Source: Tubiluchus corallicola
Taxonomy: Eukaryota > Animalia > Priapulida
Assembly (NCBI GenBank): GCA_030141605.1
Contig: JAQGDQ010000071.1
Coordinates: forward strand, 475,605-539,604
DNA length: 64,000 nt
Direction of reading: 5' to 3'
Notes under the pieces: generated by a model
What the model was told of the DNA's origin: nothing
The model's input: only the letters and a program-made list of their open reading frames with translations
The model's database searches: none
Translations under genes and position numbers: made by a program
Shown here: piece by piece, positions 52,090 to 64,000 of the stretch
Numbering within the stretch: the first letter of the stretch is position 1
Layout of the letters: each line of letters begins with the position of its first letter

Positions 52090-54599
52090 ACTTTTAAAAC
52101 AGCAATCCGTTTTCAAAACACAAAAATTAAAAACAAAATCACAATTATTGTACATTAAGTTGTTTGTCTTTAAAACATTTGAAAGATCACGTTTCGTAAA
52201 CAACAACACTGCGCATTACAGTCAAACTACACTGAATTAAACTAGACGCATCGACGCATGCACACTGCCATCTGTTTGAATACGTAATTTCGCGTGCAAT
52301 TTAGATTTTGTTTTGGAAGATTTTGCAAAAAAAGTTTCTAAAATATTGCTAAATTAAACGCCTCTGGGTCTGTTTTTGCCAGCGCAGACTCAAGGTCTTA
52401 AAATGGCTGGCTTAAAATGTGACTAGGACAAGAACAAACTAATTGGCAAAACTTGAAAAGGTTGGGCAACTAAACTTACACAGCTTATAACACTCAAGGG
52501 AAATAAAAATTTTGGAGGGATGCTCGGTGACCTATGGTGGGTCAGTCAGGGTGGTAGTTGTTGGCTGCTTAAACTACAGGTGTTTGAAACTGAGTTACAT
52601 AATAAAGTGTGTAGAGATTTAATACACGCCTCTAAATTGGTCACTCCAAGTGAGTGGGCGCGGCTGACAGAAGCCAAAATGTAAAATAAGGAGTCACAGG
52701 TTCGATGACCTGTTAAGAAATTACCAGCAGCCAAATTTTTGTTTTACAAAGTAGATACCTGAGGGCATTCTTATAGTAAACAGAGATTCTATCGAATAAC
52801 GTTTAGAATTCAATAAGTAATTAAACAATGTTCAAGTCAGTTGACGGAGAAAGAAAAAACTTCAGAGACATTATACTGGGAGCCGACTAGGGCACAGATC
52901 CTAAATTTTAGACTAAGCTTTTCAACATGTCTGTGAGCAGAATCCGCCAGTCTTATTTAAACGAACCAACTGAGATTGCACCAGCAAATGGTGCATTATT
53001 ACATATGTACCAGCGAAATTACATGTTCTCTTAGCAGAATTAGCCAGTTTTATTTAAAAGAACCAACCGAAATGCACCGACAAATTTGCAAAACATGCCG
53101 ACACAAGAAAATGGGTTAACAGAAAAGACATTTTTGACGTAAGCATACAGCTCGAAGACTTTGGGAGTCTGGAAAAGAGTTTCATAACCTATATTGGATA
53201 ACTTATAAATCATATTCCTGGTGGCAATTGCCCGAAATGATACGTTGACGGTCGGTAATTTGGACAATACAAACGTCAAATATAATAAAAATGAAGTGGA
53301 TAAATACATCAAAGTTTTATGGAGTAGAAAAATACAACATGTAAACCAGTAGACCGGTAATCCGCAAGAGATAATTCCTGTGTGGCTTAGAAAATAATGA
53401 CATTCGGACCATTTACAGAAAGAGAGACACTAATGTATATAGATATTGTAAAAGAACTAACCCAAAATGATCTTATAGTAAACTGATTATACAGGATACT
53501 GTGTTATATACGAATGACATTAGCTTAACATTATTTATGTATGTAGAAGCTACAACATATACTATTTGTACATACAGTATAACATGTATAAACAATGTAC
53601 GCAATTATTAGATATATAATTAGAATTAATAAATCATAATGCAGTATTGTTAGCTTGTTTAGTAAGAAATTGTAACTGTGAAGAATTTAATGTAAAAATT
53701 TATTCAATGTACATAATGTAAAGATTCATTTAACATTTTTGTACTTATGTGCCCTGCAAATAGCGGGCTTATTGTATCATTTTCAATAAAGATTTTTAAT
53801 AATAATAATAATAACAATAATAATAATTCCTGGTGGGGGACACTTTCAGCAGGTCAACCAGCAACTTTTAGTTTGTGATTAAAAGTCAAAGGCCAATTCG
53901 CAAAATTACATCTCAAACACTAGAGGAATAAAGTTCAAAACTTAATAGTATTAAGCAACAGATTAGTGTGAGGACAGATTATAGAAGGAATCCCCGGCAG
54001 CACTGAATGTGTGATTGAGTTCAAAAGCTAATTTCTCAACTGACAAATAGCTTAAACAGTAACGAAAACTCAACATGTGGAATAAAAGCAAGCCAATTAA
54101 TAAGTAAATTGACGCGACGAAAATGTTAACGCCCTTCACTTGCAAGCCTTTGAGTTTCGTACAGTCTATCTGTGACGCTGCAGGACAGTGTCTTGCAACC
54201 CAGATCTATTTACTTCATTATTACCTGAACAAAATGTCGCAGGTTGTATTTAAGTACAGTGATCGGAAACATGCATTGCCGAATTTTGATGATTAATCGC
54301 TAAAATAATTTTTGCTTGAATTAACGACTATGAATCCACTATGAGCTCATTGATTTGCCCTCACTGCCCCAAGTTTTTTTTAAATCAATTTGTGAAACGC
54401 AATGCTTCCTCGCTTTCCAGGTGCTAAACTCTGACCGTATAACAGACGTACAAACAAAGTCTTTTTCAACATTTTATTCGCGAAATATCACAATTACAAC
54501 TTACGGGCAAAGGCTCGTGTTGCACAAGCTAAAGTTTTTAATCCTTTGGAGCTTAACGACACCACATTATTCAAAACTTAATAATGTTATTGAGCGCAT

Positions 54600-55250
54600 A
54601 GCTGTGTTGTTTGAATACAATAGTATAGCACTATTACTCTTCCCTCCATTTTGCAAAAAAATCTTTGAGAGGCACAATAAATGCAAGTTTAAAGCAGCGC
54701 AGAAAACATTTTTTAAATTTAAGCTCAAATGAGTCTGCTGTAATTGGCGTAAATTTAGCGTAAAATTGCTGAGATACATAATTACGGCACACGTTATAGA
54801 CTGAACTATCACTACATACAGTGCAACACTAATGTTAGAAAATTTTCTATTAAATACAATGGAATTCAATTGCTCCAGCTATTAAAAATGCCAACTCGCT
54901 GCCCATATTTAAAAAAATTTATAAATTAAACTTACTTGAAACGTATAACTGATCACTCAATCATGATTTGTTGTTTTTCATTTTCAAAAACTTCCCCTCT
55001 AGTATAATAATATTTTTATTACTTCCCACCCGTATTTATATTTGTATATATTGTAATATTGTATCTGTATATATTGTAATTTTTTCGTAACTAATTCTAG
55101 TGGCCTACCATAAGCTAGCTTCTTAGGTCTCTAGCGCAGAATTCATGAATTGTATCATAAGTTTGTATTAACAAAAACTGATTATCGATGCACATGTAAT
55201 GTATATGTATATGTTTATTGCGAAATAAATCTATTAAATCTAAAAAAAAT
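54600..55250 (+). mobile_element. Degraded LINE 3' end
   Basis: A WNSIAPAIKNANSLPIFKK remnant near 54860, an AT-rich UTR, and AATAAA plus a short tail near 55225. Confidence 0.55.
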
Positions 55251-55789
55251 CTGACCAGTTGCATTTTATCTGTGTTTTATCACATACGCGTGTGCATTGT
55301 TAAGTACGTATGAGATACCCGTGACGACCGCCAAAACGAACACAGCTTGTTTCACCTGCACAAAGCTTTTCATTATGGCATGGTATTTTAAATATGGTCT
55401 GGTTATCAGTAATATCTACATTTGGCACCCAATCATGTGTTTCGTTCAGTCAGTGCTGCTTTAAATCTAGGAAGCCACAACAACAACGGAGCAATAATCA
55501 TTTAACTAACCGAAGTCTAATACATTCTGAAATGTAGCAGTTTAACTGCTGCCAGCGTTTAACCTTTTCCAAACTTAAATCATTTAATCCAGGCCATTAT
55601 CCCGGGCCACAAATTTCCATCTTTATTGCTCGCCGCATAATAACCGCCTAACACCTCACGACAATTTATGTAAAATATAAGCCGGTGCCGACATTTCCGT
55701 TTGTGAGCACTATGCTGTGTTTTGTTGCTATGCTGTAATGGCTGATGCAGTCTGTTCAGCTTGAGAAGGGGGATTGGGGAGCAGTGAAA

Positions 55790-56026
<237 letters not shown>

Positions 56027-56108
56027 AGCAGATATACCATTTTGTTTTCACAATAACACGTATAAAATAGACTAAACATGACCCATAAGTCCGAAGCGGT
56101 GTTTTATC

Positions 56109-56385
56109 CAGTGCCGTATTCACACTTGGTGAGGATATAAGCACTATATAAGGCTCTGAGGCCCTCTTTTTTTAAATTTCGCCAATTGGTCCCAGAAAAC
56201 TTGAAAATATGCGTGGCTTAATTATTTATAGCAAAGAGAACAATACACTTGACTAAAACATTACTAAATTATTACTTAAATATAAAAATGGGTATAAAAC
56301 CCAATCTGGAACCTTGTTGAGGCCCCATGTAGATTGTGAGGCCCTAAGCTGTCGCTTACTCAGCTGATACCTAAACCCGGCGCAG
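56109..56385. mobile_element. hAT-type MITE
   Basis: Perfect 8-bp TSD gttttatc (56101-56108 and 56386-56393), CAGTGCCG and CGGCGCAG ends, and GAGGCCC subterminal motifs as in the 29345 element. Confidence 0.8.
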
Positions 56386-57129
56386 GTTTTATCTTAGTCA
56401 GGCAAGTGATTAGTACGCATTCAACAAACGTGGGTGAATGCTAAGTTTGATCCCCTTGTGTTACATAACAGGAAATAAAAGTTTTGCTTATGAAATTTTT
56501 ACAAATTACAGCAGGGTTCCAGAATTGGTCAGCTTCGACTTTAGAGGTCAAACAGATCATTCGGGAGGTCTAAAGTAGGTTTAAAAGAGGGTCGAAAACT
56601 GACATTCGTATAGAAAATAAAAATACATAAAATACTAAGATAAAATATAATTTGTTTATACATTAATGCCTAACTCATATATAATCATAATTCATAAGTC
56701 TTGATTATCTATTTATTTTATATTCAGTTTGCTAGTACACAATGATATCCATATTATGTTGTTATTATTATGGTAATAATTTATGATTAATTGGAACCAA
56801 AAGGCAATGGACCGTTATAGTACCAATGTTTCTATATTTGGATAAATTGACTTACATTTTCTTTCCCTTTATCGTGTTCTATTATTTAAAAGACTCGATG
56901 TAATCATCATCAACACTGAAATCTTTTGATATTTGAAATTTTTTTAGTTCATTTTACTTCAAAACTGGGTTGTGGCAACGTTAGATAGAGTGTCCCGGGC
57001 TTCCTAGTTACTTCATTTCCTGTCCTATTCACTTACGTCATTTCCTAGTTACGTCACTTCCTGTCCTACTCACTTACGCCAGATTTCATGAGGAGGTCGG
57101 TGGTTTAAAGAGTTTGGTTTTCTAAACTA

Positions 57130-57470
57130 CAGGCTGCCAGTGAGTTGACTATTTCAAATACATCGCTTTATATGAAGTCAGATGTCATTTGAAGATCACT
57201 GATGACAATTGGATATATTCACAAAATTAGCAGCAAGCTTGTAAAAAATTCTCAAGAATTATGAAAAAAAATTTGGTCTATCATCCAGCATGGAAGCAGG
57301 CATGCGCTATTTTTCTTGCGCTTGTAGTATTAGTCAGTCCAACACTCGCATTTGTATTAGGATTCATAATGATGAAATTTGAGAAAAGCAATATATGTAA
57401 AGTACACACAAATGAAACTTTGATGAAAATGCTGATAGGAGTAATATTATATGAAAGTCTAACGTCCGCG
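57130..57470 (+). mobile_element. Possible relic of a hAT transposase C-terminal dimerisation domain
   Basis: LVVLVSPTLAFVLGFIMMKFEKSNICKVHTNETL resembles the LPVSTAxCERxFSxMKxxKxxxRxxLxxETL consensus. Confidence 0.35.
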
Positions 57471-58786
57471 AGTCTACTTAGGGACACCCAATTGCCCTTG
57501 GACAGTTTCATAAAGCAAAATATATCGTTTAACTGCAGGCAGCGGTTTTACGCATTATTAACTTTCTCCTCCTTCTCTGCTTTCTCCTCTTCTTCTGTGT
57601 CTCTTTTAAGGGCGTATAAACATAGTCAAACTCCAAGTGTTCAGCAGAACTCGGGAAACTTTTGATTGGCCCCTAAAGTGGTATTTTTGTACGGTAATTT
57701 AGTTATTTGCTCAAAATATACAGAAAAATTTACGCACGAAAAGAACATACGTACAAAACATATTCTGTATCTAAGTCAACATTTTTATTACGCTAGGTCT
57801 AACAACAGACAGCGAGTGCAAGTCTCCCCTTGGTGCTGCGGGCTGCCGTATCGGCTTTTAGTTATCCATATGCAACGGAATATTTTTCTGTTTCAAGACA
57901 AGTTTATACAGTTTCAAGACAAACTTTTATTGCTTGGAAACAGTTTGTACTTTGGAAGTTTAGAAGTGGGACTTTGCTTGCTTTGTTAAATTTAAGTTTG
58001 TTCTGAAATTAAATGTTTGTAGTGGATTAGCGTGCCCTCGTAAGACAAGGACAACATTTATTTGCTGTCGCTTGTTTAATAGACAACACTTGCACTAACA
58101 GTTATTTAGCGGCTTATACTTAAAACAATATGGATAAGGACACTTAAACACGAATATGTAGGGTATGTGCCCTGACATTGGTAGCCGGTAGTCTCGAACT
58201 CAAGACTGCATGTCCGAAATCTAGACCAGTCGGCCAACCAACCCAAGACAATGCTGCTACGTCAATTATTACTTCGGGTCTTCCTTAAATTTTTTCCAAC
58301 TTCTAATTTCTGAACACTCCGTTCAAGACTAGAATAATCTCCTCTCGATAAGAAGTTGACCAACAAGCACTTTCCACGATTTTTCGGGCGCCATAATTCA
58401 GTAAGCTCGCAAGACCATAAAAAACTTTTAGCGTCAAGTTTCAGCTTCTGTTTGCAAACAATATTATTTCTGAAAAATTGTATTCATCTTATTTAATCTT
58501 GCATAATCCTCGACAAATTTCGTTGAGCCACTTCATAAAATAATCCTTGCTAAATCCGCCGATATTCTTTCACGGCGATCAACAGCAATCTTTCTGTCGT
58601 CATTAGTGGGTTCTTACTGCACAATAACTTTTTCATAGCGGATTATCAGAATGAATGTGATTGGAGCTTCCTCTGATTAGCAAAGGGAAGTCTTCCATTC
58701 TTTATGAGTGTTTGTTGTCGTGCAATCATTGACTACTGCAGAGATTATGCAAAGAAAACTTAGCCTGGTGGATAAGAGTAGAATTT

Positions 58787-59165
58787 ATCATCATCATCAT
58801 CATCATCATCTACATCATCATCATCATCATCACCATCACCATCATCATCATCATCATCACCATCATTGTCATCGTCACCATCGTCGTCGTCATCGTCGTT
58901 TTCATCATCATCATCAACAACATCACCATCATCATTACATCGTCGTCGTCATCGTCGTTTTCATTATCATTATCATTGTCGTCGTCGTCGTCATCATCAT
59001 CATCATCCTCATCACCATTATCGTCATGATCATGATCATGATGATGATCATCATCACCATCATTGTCATCGTCATCATCGTCGTCGTCATCGTCGTTTTC
59101 ATCATCATCATCGTCATCATCATCATCATCAACATCACCATCACCATTACATCGTCATCGTTATT
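58787..59165. repeat. (CAT/CGT/CAC)n microsatellite
   Basis: Read directly. It explains the poly-His/Ser/Ile ORFs. Confidence 0.96.
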
Positions 59166-60754
59166 TCGCGTCGTCACTATTGTTTTCGTCACTTCTCAGA
59201 ACATTATTCCCCTATAGTTATAATATTGCTATAATACGCAAAACCGTCTTACAACAACTATACCTCCTTCATTCTTTTTTCATCCTTCAAACATCAACAT
59301 CACTCACCAATGTTTTCATCGTCGTCGTCGTCGTCGGTAGCTCATTGTCGATGTCATCTGTTCTTGTTATCATTGCCAGTAACTTTGTCTGTTTTTAATC
59401 TACCCTTTGCTAGTTTGGTTTTGTTTTATGACGCAGATTTGCACGTTTATAGAAATACAATCTAGACGAGCGCATCCCTTCTCATTAAATGCAACACTTA
59501 GAGAGAAATGTGCTGGTAAATTGTTTCTAAACAACCCTAATTGTTGAGTTGAACAAACATTAAAAGCCTTGTAGGTAAAGGCGAAATTACTTGCATTTGC
59601 ACAATTATTTTAACATACAAACTACATGTATTTTTACAAGCAAATGAAAAAAAATTGTAATCAAATCTTATCTCTGGCCTTCAGGTGTGAAAATAAATTG
59701 ATAAAGTGGGTGTTATGGTGGCCATAAGAACGGAAGAAACGTGATAATGGTAAAGGTACTTTCACATGCATACAGAATGTGCTGCGATGATGTCGATCGG
59801 GCAGACGATTATTCACTTGTTTCGTTGGAAGTACATTCCGTAAAAATATGAAAGCACCTTTAGTTATTATATAGTCAGAAATTTATTTTATCGTAAAAAT
59901 AAGCTTCGATGAGATTGCTGTATTACAAAGAAAGTTCTTAGAAAACAAAAATATTGCCGCATGAAATAAATGTAATATCGCGCAACAAAACAAAGTTGCC
60001 AACGAAAGTGTTTTAAATAATTATCTGATAAAAGTAAACAAGTTACTATTGGATGAAGCTTGAAATATTGTCTAAAACAAATACTAGGCATCATTTCGAA
60101 TTTCGAATAATGCTGGAAAAATATGCAGGTCACGACAAGTGATCGTCACAACAGAATGTGCTTTTTCTGTTTTTTTTTCACTGAAAACTCAACAGTTATT
60201 TTAATTAGAATAAAACGATAATAGTCTTTAAAAACAAATTACCAAAAAGCTCCCTTCGCTTGTAAGCCTATAATTTCTCCAATGGGCTTTCTTGATTTTT
60301 TTCGGTGAATTTTTTCAACCAATCACCATTCTTACTGGGTAATGAGCTTGAGCTCTTACAAATTAGAAAAGTTTCACAAGAGTTCACTGCTGTACCTGAA
60401 GATTATAGTCCCTATACGACGTCCTCATAACATTAATTTTAAATACGTAATTGTTAAATTATTATTTAAAGATAGTCACGTGTGTCTCTTCTTTCCCATT
60501 ATTGAACATTATTTTATTATAAACTAACACATTCGTACAATAATTCAATTTTCATTCGTCTTAAATGCAAAATTTGATAATTTTTAATTACCTGGTACAT
60601 GCGCATTAACTAATTAATTATATTAGTAACAATTCTTACCTATGTTAGGGTGCAATGAACAATTCACCTTACAATAAGGCTACAGATGAATCTGCCATTG
60701 GCTCTATTTTAGTGTTTAAAATGAATGATTACCGTTAGAAGTGTGCATACTTAC

Positions 60755-61025
60755 TTGCAAATAAACTATTGACTAGATTAAAAGGTAAACAGAAGAGCAA
60801 CACCAATATGTCCGCCGCCGCAAGGTTAGCAATGAAAAGATTGGTAACGTTCCACATGTGTGGACTTCGAATCACCACAGCTAACACAAAACTGTTTCCA
60901 ACCACTCCCACAATGAACACTATCACGTACGCCATTGTTAGAAACACTATTTCCCAGTTATGGTCCAATTTTAGCTCCGTGCTGTAGGATAAGTTAGTTC
61001 TCGATATATCGGTGGAATTCGACAT
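60755..61025 (-). CDS. SIFaR: Neuropeptide GPCR (SIFamide/NPFF receptor-like), coding exon 1: N-terminus, TM1, TM2
   Basis: caaaacATG start, N-glycosylated N-terminus, VGVVGNSFV (TM1) and [15 protein letters not shown] (TM2). Phase-1 donor A|gtaagt. An upstream acceptor cttatag at 61139 implies a 5' UTR intron. Confidence 0.92.
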
Positions 61026-61562
61026 GTTTTGGAATAATATGGTCGCCAGTAAAAGCAAATTAACGTTCAGCGTCCACTGAAGTATGACTGCTGCCGCTAG
61101 CCACTGGTGATTAATGAAGAGACTGGTCCTTCAGGTCACTATAAGAAAAGAAAAGAACTTCGTAAAGAAGAATTTTGATTTTTTACAGCTTCCTACTAGA
61201 TAAAAACTAGGAAAAATATTTATTAATGGTAAATGACATTAACATTATCGCGATTAACATTATCGTTTATTTTCATAAGCAGTTGTGTAATGCATCTTAT
61301 ATTATGTACGTATAAATAATGTAATGTACATACCCTCATAACGTTTCTTGTATATATTTCTTGCATATACAATATATATTGTATATATATACAGGGCCTA
61401 GTATATTTTTCACGGTCATAAACTCTAACCTCACTATCAACAACAATGCAAAAGGTAAAGAACAATGTTGATATCGATCCCTTCCCCAATTCTACCTAGC
61501 CAATCACAAGACAGGTCACGTGACTTTCACAGAAATTATACCTGGTTCTACATTATACATAA

Positions 61563-61800
61563 TGGTAATCCCCCAATTCGCCAGTTATCTTTTCGCCAGT
61601 CTACTTTTTCGTCAGTGCACTTTTTCGCCAGTCTACTTTTTCGCTAGTGCAATTTTTCGCCAGTCTACTTTTTCGCCAGTGCACTTTTTCGCCAGTCTAC
61701 TTTTTCGCCAGTGCACTTTTTCGCCAGTCTACTTTTTCACCAGTGCACTTTTTCACCAATTACTTTTTCGCCTGGCGAAAAAAGTAGACTGGCGAAACGA
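61563..61800. repeat. 16-17-bp tandem repeat (ttttcgccagtctact / ttttcgccagtgcact alternating) with an inverted terminal copy; probable MITE remnant
   Basis: About 11 direct units followed by the inverted ctggcgaaaaaagtagactggcgaaa. Confidence 0.85.
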
Positions 61801-63439
61801 TATACAATCATACATAATAAACCCTGTCCTAGTAAAAGTTTTCAACAGAAACAACACTGCACGCGAGTTCTTCAAATGGAAAAAGAACTTTCTCTTGGAA
61901 ATTCAACAATCTAAACCACACACGCAGCGCCGCCAAGCGTATCAGACGTGCAAGATTACACCATTTTCCTCTTCAGTGTAAAATCAATAAAAACTTTTCA
62001 TCAAAATACTAATCATTAGTAGCTTCTCAAGAATCTGTAATTGAGTTCAATCACTGACTAGTGAAACACGGGATGAATCTAAAGCGGGCATTCTTGCTTT
62101 TTGGTCATTATCATGAAATCTATCAAACTGTAACGCTTAGCATTTTACATGCTTTATCTATTAGCTCTGACATTCGAAGCATTGCTGACAATCGTGTAAC
62201 CTTACCATAAGAGTCTCAATGGAATTTGAACATGACAAGCAAATGTAAGTTCGCCTGTGTCAAAGACAAAAATCTCAACAGCTACTGCGCAGACGGAAAG
62301 ATAACTATTGCGCATTTACTTTTAGATTTTACAATGCCAATGTGTACATGTACATACAGAACAATATGTAATATACAAAGTTTATAAATCATCAGCACAT
62401 GAAGACACAACAAGTCGAAATTGTAAGAAAACTTGTGCAGAGTGAACTTAACAAATGAGTGGACACAAAAAAGATAATTTAAAAAAAGAAAAAATGGTGA
62501 TGAAAAAAACACAAAAACGAGAAATTGGGACACAGACATATAAGTTGCCGTCAATATTAACTTTTTTTTGTCATAACTGACTAACTGACGCACTACCATC
62601 ATTATCTTAATCATCGTCGTTGCCACTGCGGTCGTTGTGGTCACTGTTATCGTCAAAATAATTATCATCATCATCATCGTCATGATGCCGCCGCCGTCGT
62701 TGTTGTTGTTGTTGTTGTTGTCGTCGTCGTTATCATCACCACCACCATAACCATCATTTTTCTTTTTGCTTCTCTTCTTTTCACAAATTTCGTTTTTTGT
62801 TTTAGCGTTTCTCTTTTTTAATAGCTAAAAACACGTATCAGCAGCATCTGTATTATATTACTCTGATTTGCTTTGAGTGAATTAAAAACATTTGCCTTTG
62901 ATTAGAGAATCCCCGTTCAAAAGAGGCATAACAAGATTACTAGAGCAATCATAAAGAACGCAACATGGTAATTAACACGGTATTTTTGATTTGGTTTGTA
63001 ATCATACCGCTTTATTGCTGAAAAAATAATTAAAACGATGAACGAGTATGAGTCATAAAGTCTAATTACACTCGACGCTTTGAGTGGGTCGGATACAAGT
63101 TCACTTTAGACTTGTCTTTTGTGACGGAACGGAAGTGTACGAGAAAATTAAAATTTAACGCGTTGCATAATAATTATATTATAATTAATTGAAGGCGTGG
63201 TACGTTTGAGTCGATCTAACCACGTGACTGGGTTTAAAATCAATCTAATGTTTCCAATAATATTCTGTTGTTAACTTCCAGCTATAGTGACTTTAATTTT
63301 CAATGTTTTATGTTGCAAAACATTTTTTGTAAACATTTATTTGAAATAATTGCCTTTAGCAAATAAATGCTGATCAAATTGCTTCAGGCTGCAAAATTTA
63401 CAGGAGTGCAGTTTGACAGGAAAAACAAATCTATCACAA

Positions 63440-63760
63440 AATATACATAACTATTCCAATTGTTAATTATGATAATTAAAACGGTTAGATGAACCAATAT
63501 ATTGCTGCACCAGATCAAATAGAATGATGTTCTGTTCATAACTTAGTAGTGAACTACCTGAAAGAAAAACTGAAGTTTCTAATTGTGGGTTAAAGTTATT
63601 TATATTAAAAGGTAATGTGTTTGTTTGGTATAGGTTTGTTAGTCGTTCTTTGAGGTCCTCTCTACTAGCAACATGCAAAGGGCAATCGAGCAAAAAATGT
63701 TTAATACTTTCAAAACACTTTAAATCTGAAAACAGGCTACCTGTTGAAATTGTAGACATA
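63440..63760 (-). mobile_element. LINE ORF2 3' fragment
   Basis: ESIKHFLLDCP..LSGSSLLSYEQNIILFDLVQQYIGSSNRF. Confidence 0.75.
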
Positions 63761-64000
63761 ATTTAAGAGCTAGACACATTTTTTGCTATTGCTTCTTTTG
63801 CTGAAACTGTTGTTGTTACCACAGCTATTGTTGCTGCAGTTGTTACTGTCTTCTAGATGTGGCAACTGATTTTATTGGGGGTCCTACTCAGCAAATTTTA
63901 TACCTATAAGGCAAAAATAAGGAACTTCCGTCTAAAAACAGTAACGAATATTCAGACATATCCAAACCCTAAGGTCCGCGCAGACATGTAAAACTTAAGA

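Noticed and set aside
58708-59398. His-rich and Ser-rich ORFs
   Set aside because: (CAT)n microsatellite inside the GPCR intron.

Overview
AT-rich animal (probably protostome invertebrate) genomic DNA with spliced genes among LINE/SINE/MITE remnants and long microsatellites. By-eye splicing (GT-AG sites, consistent phases) reconstructs three protein-coding loci and one tRNA. (1) A 3-exon, 12-Cys Ly6/uPAR three-finger protein with a likely GPI anchor (+, 13228-15693). (2) A convergent 5-exon, 358-aa type I membrane protein (-, 23597-17423) whose ectodomain has the cysteine spacing and Lys...Tyr dyad of scorpion alpha-KTx/CS-alpha-beta toxins and whose tail has two PY motifs. (3) A SIFamide/NPFF-type GPCR locus (-) where one TM1-2 exon (61025-60755) precedes two intact, strongly diverged TM3-7 cassettes (35431-34302 and 30460-28567), with no second TM1-2 exon found between them. 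(4) tRNA-Ile(AAT) at 8847-8920. Most other ORFs in the track are microsatellite or transposon artefacts. All gene models are manual and unconfirmed by transcripts.
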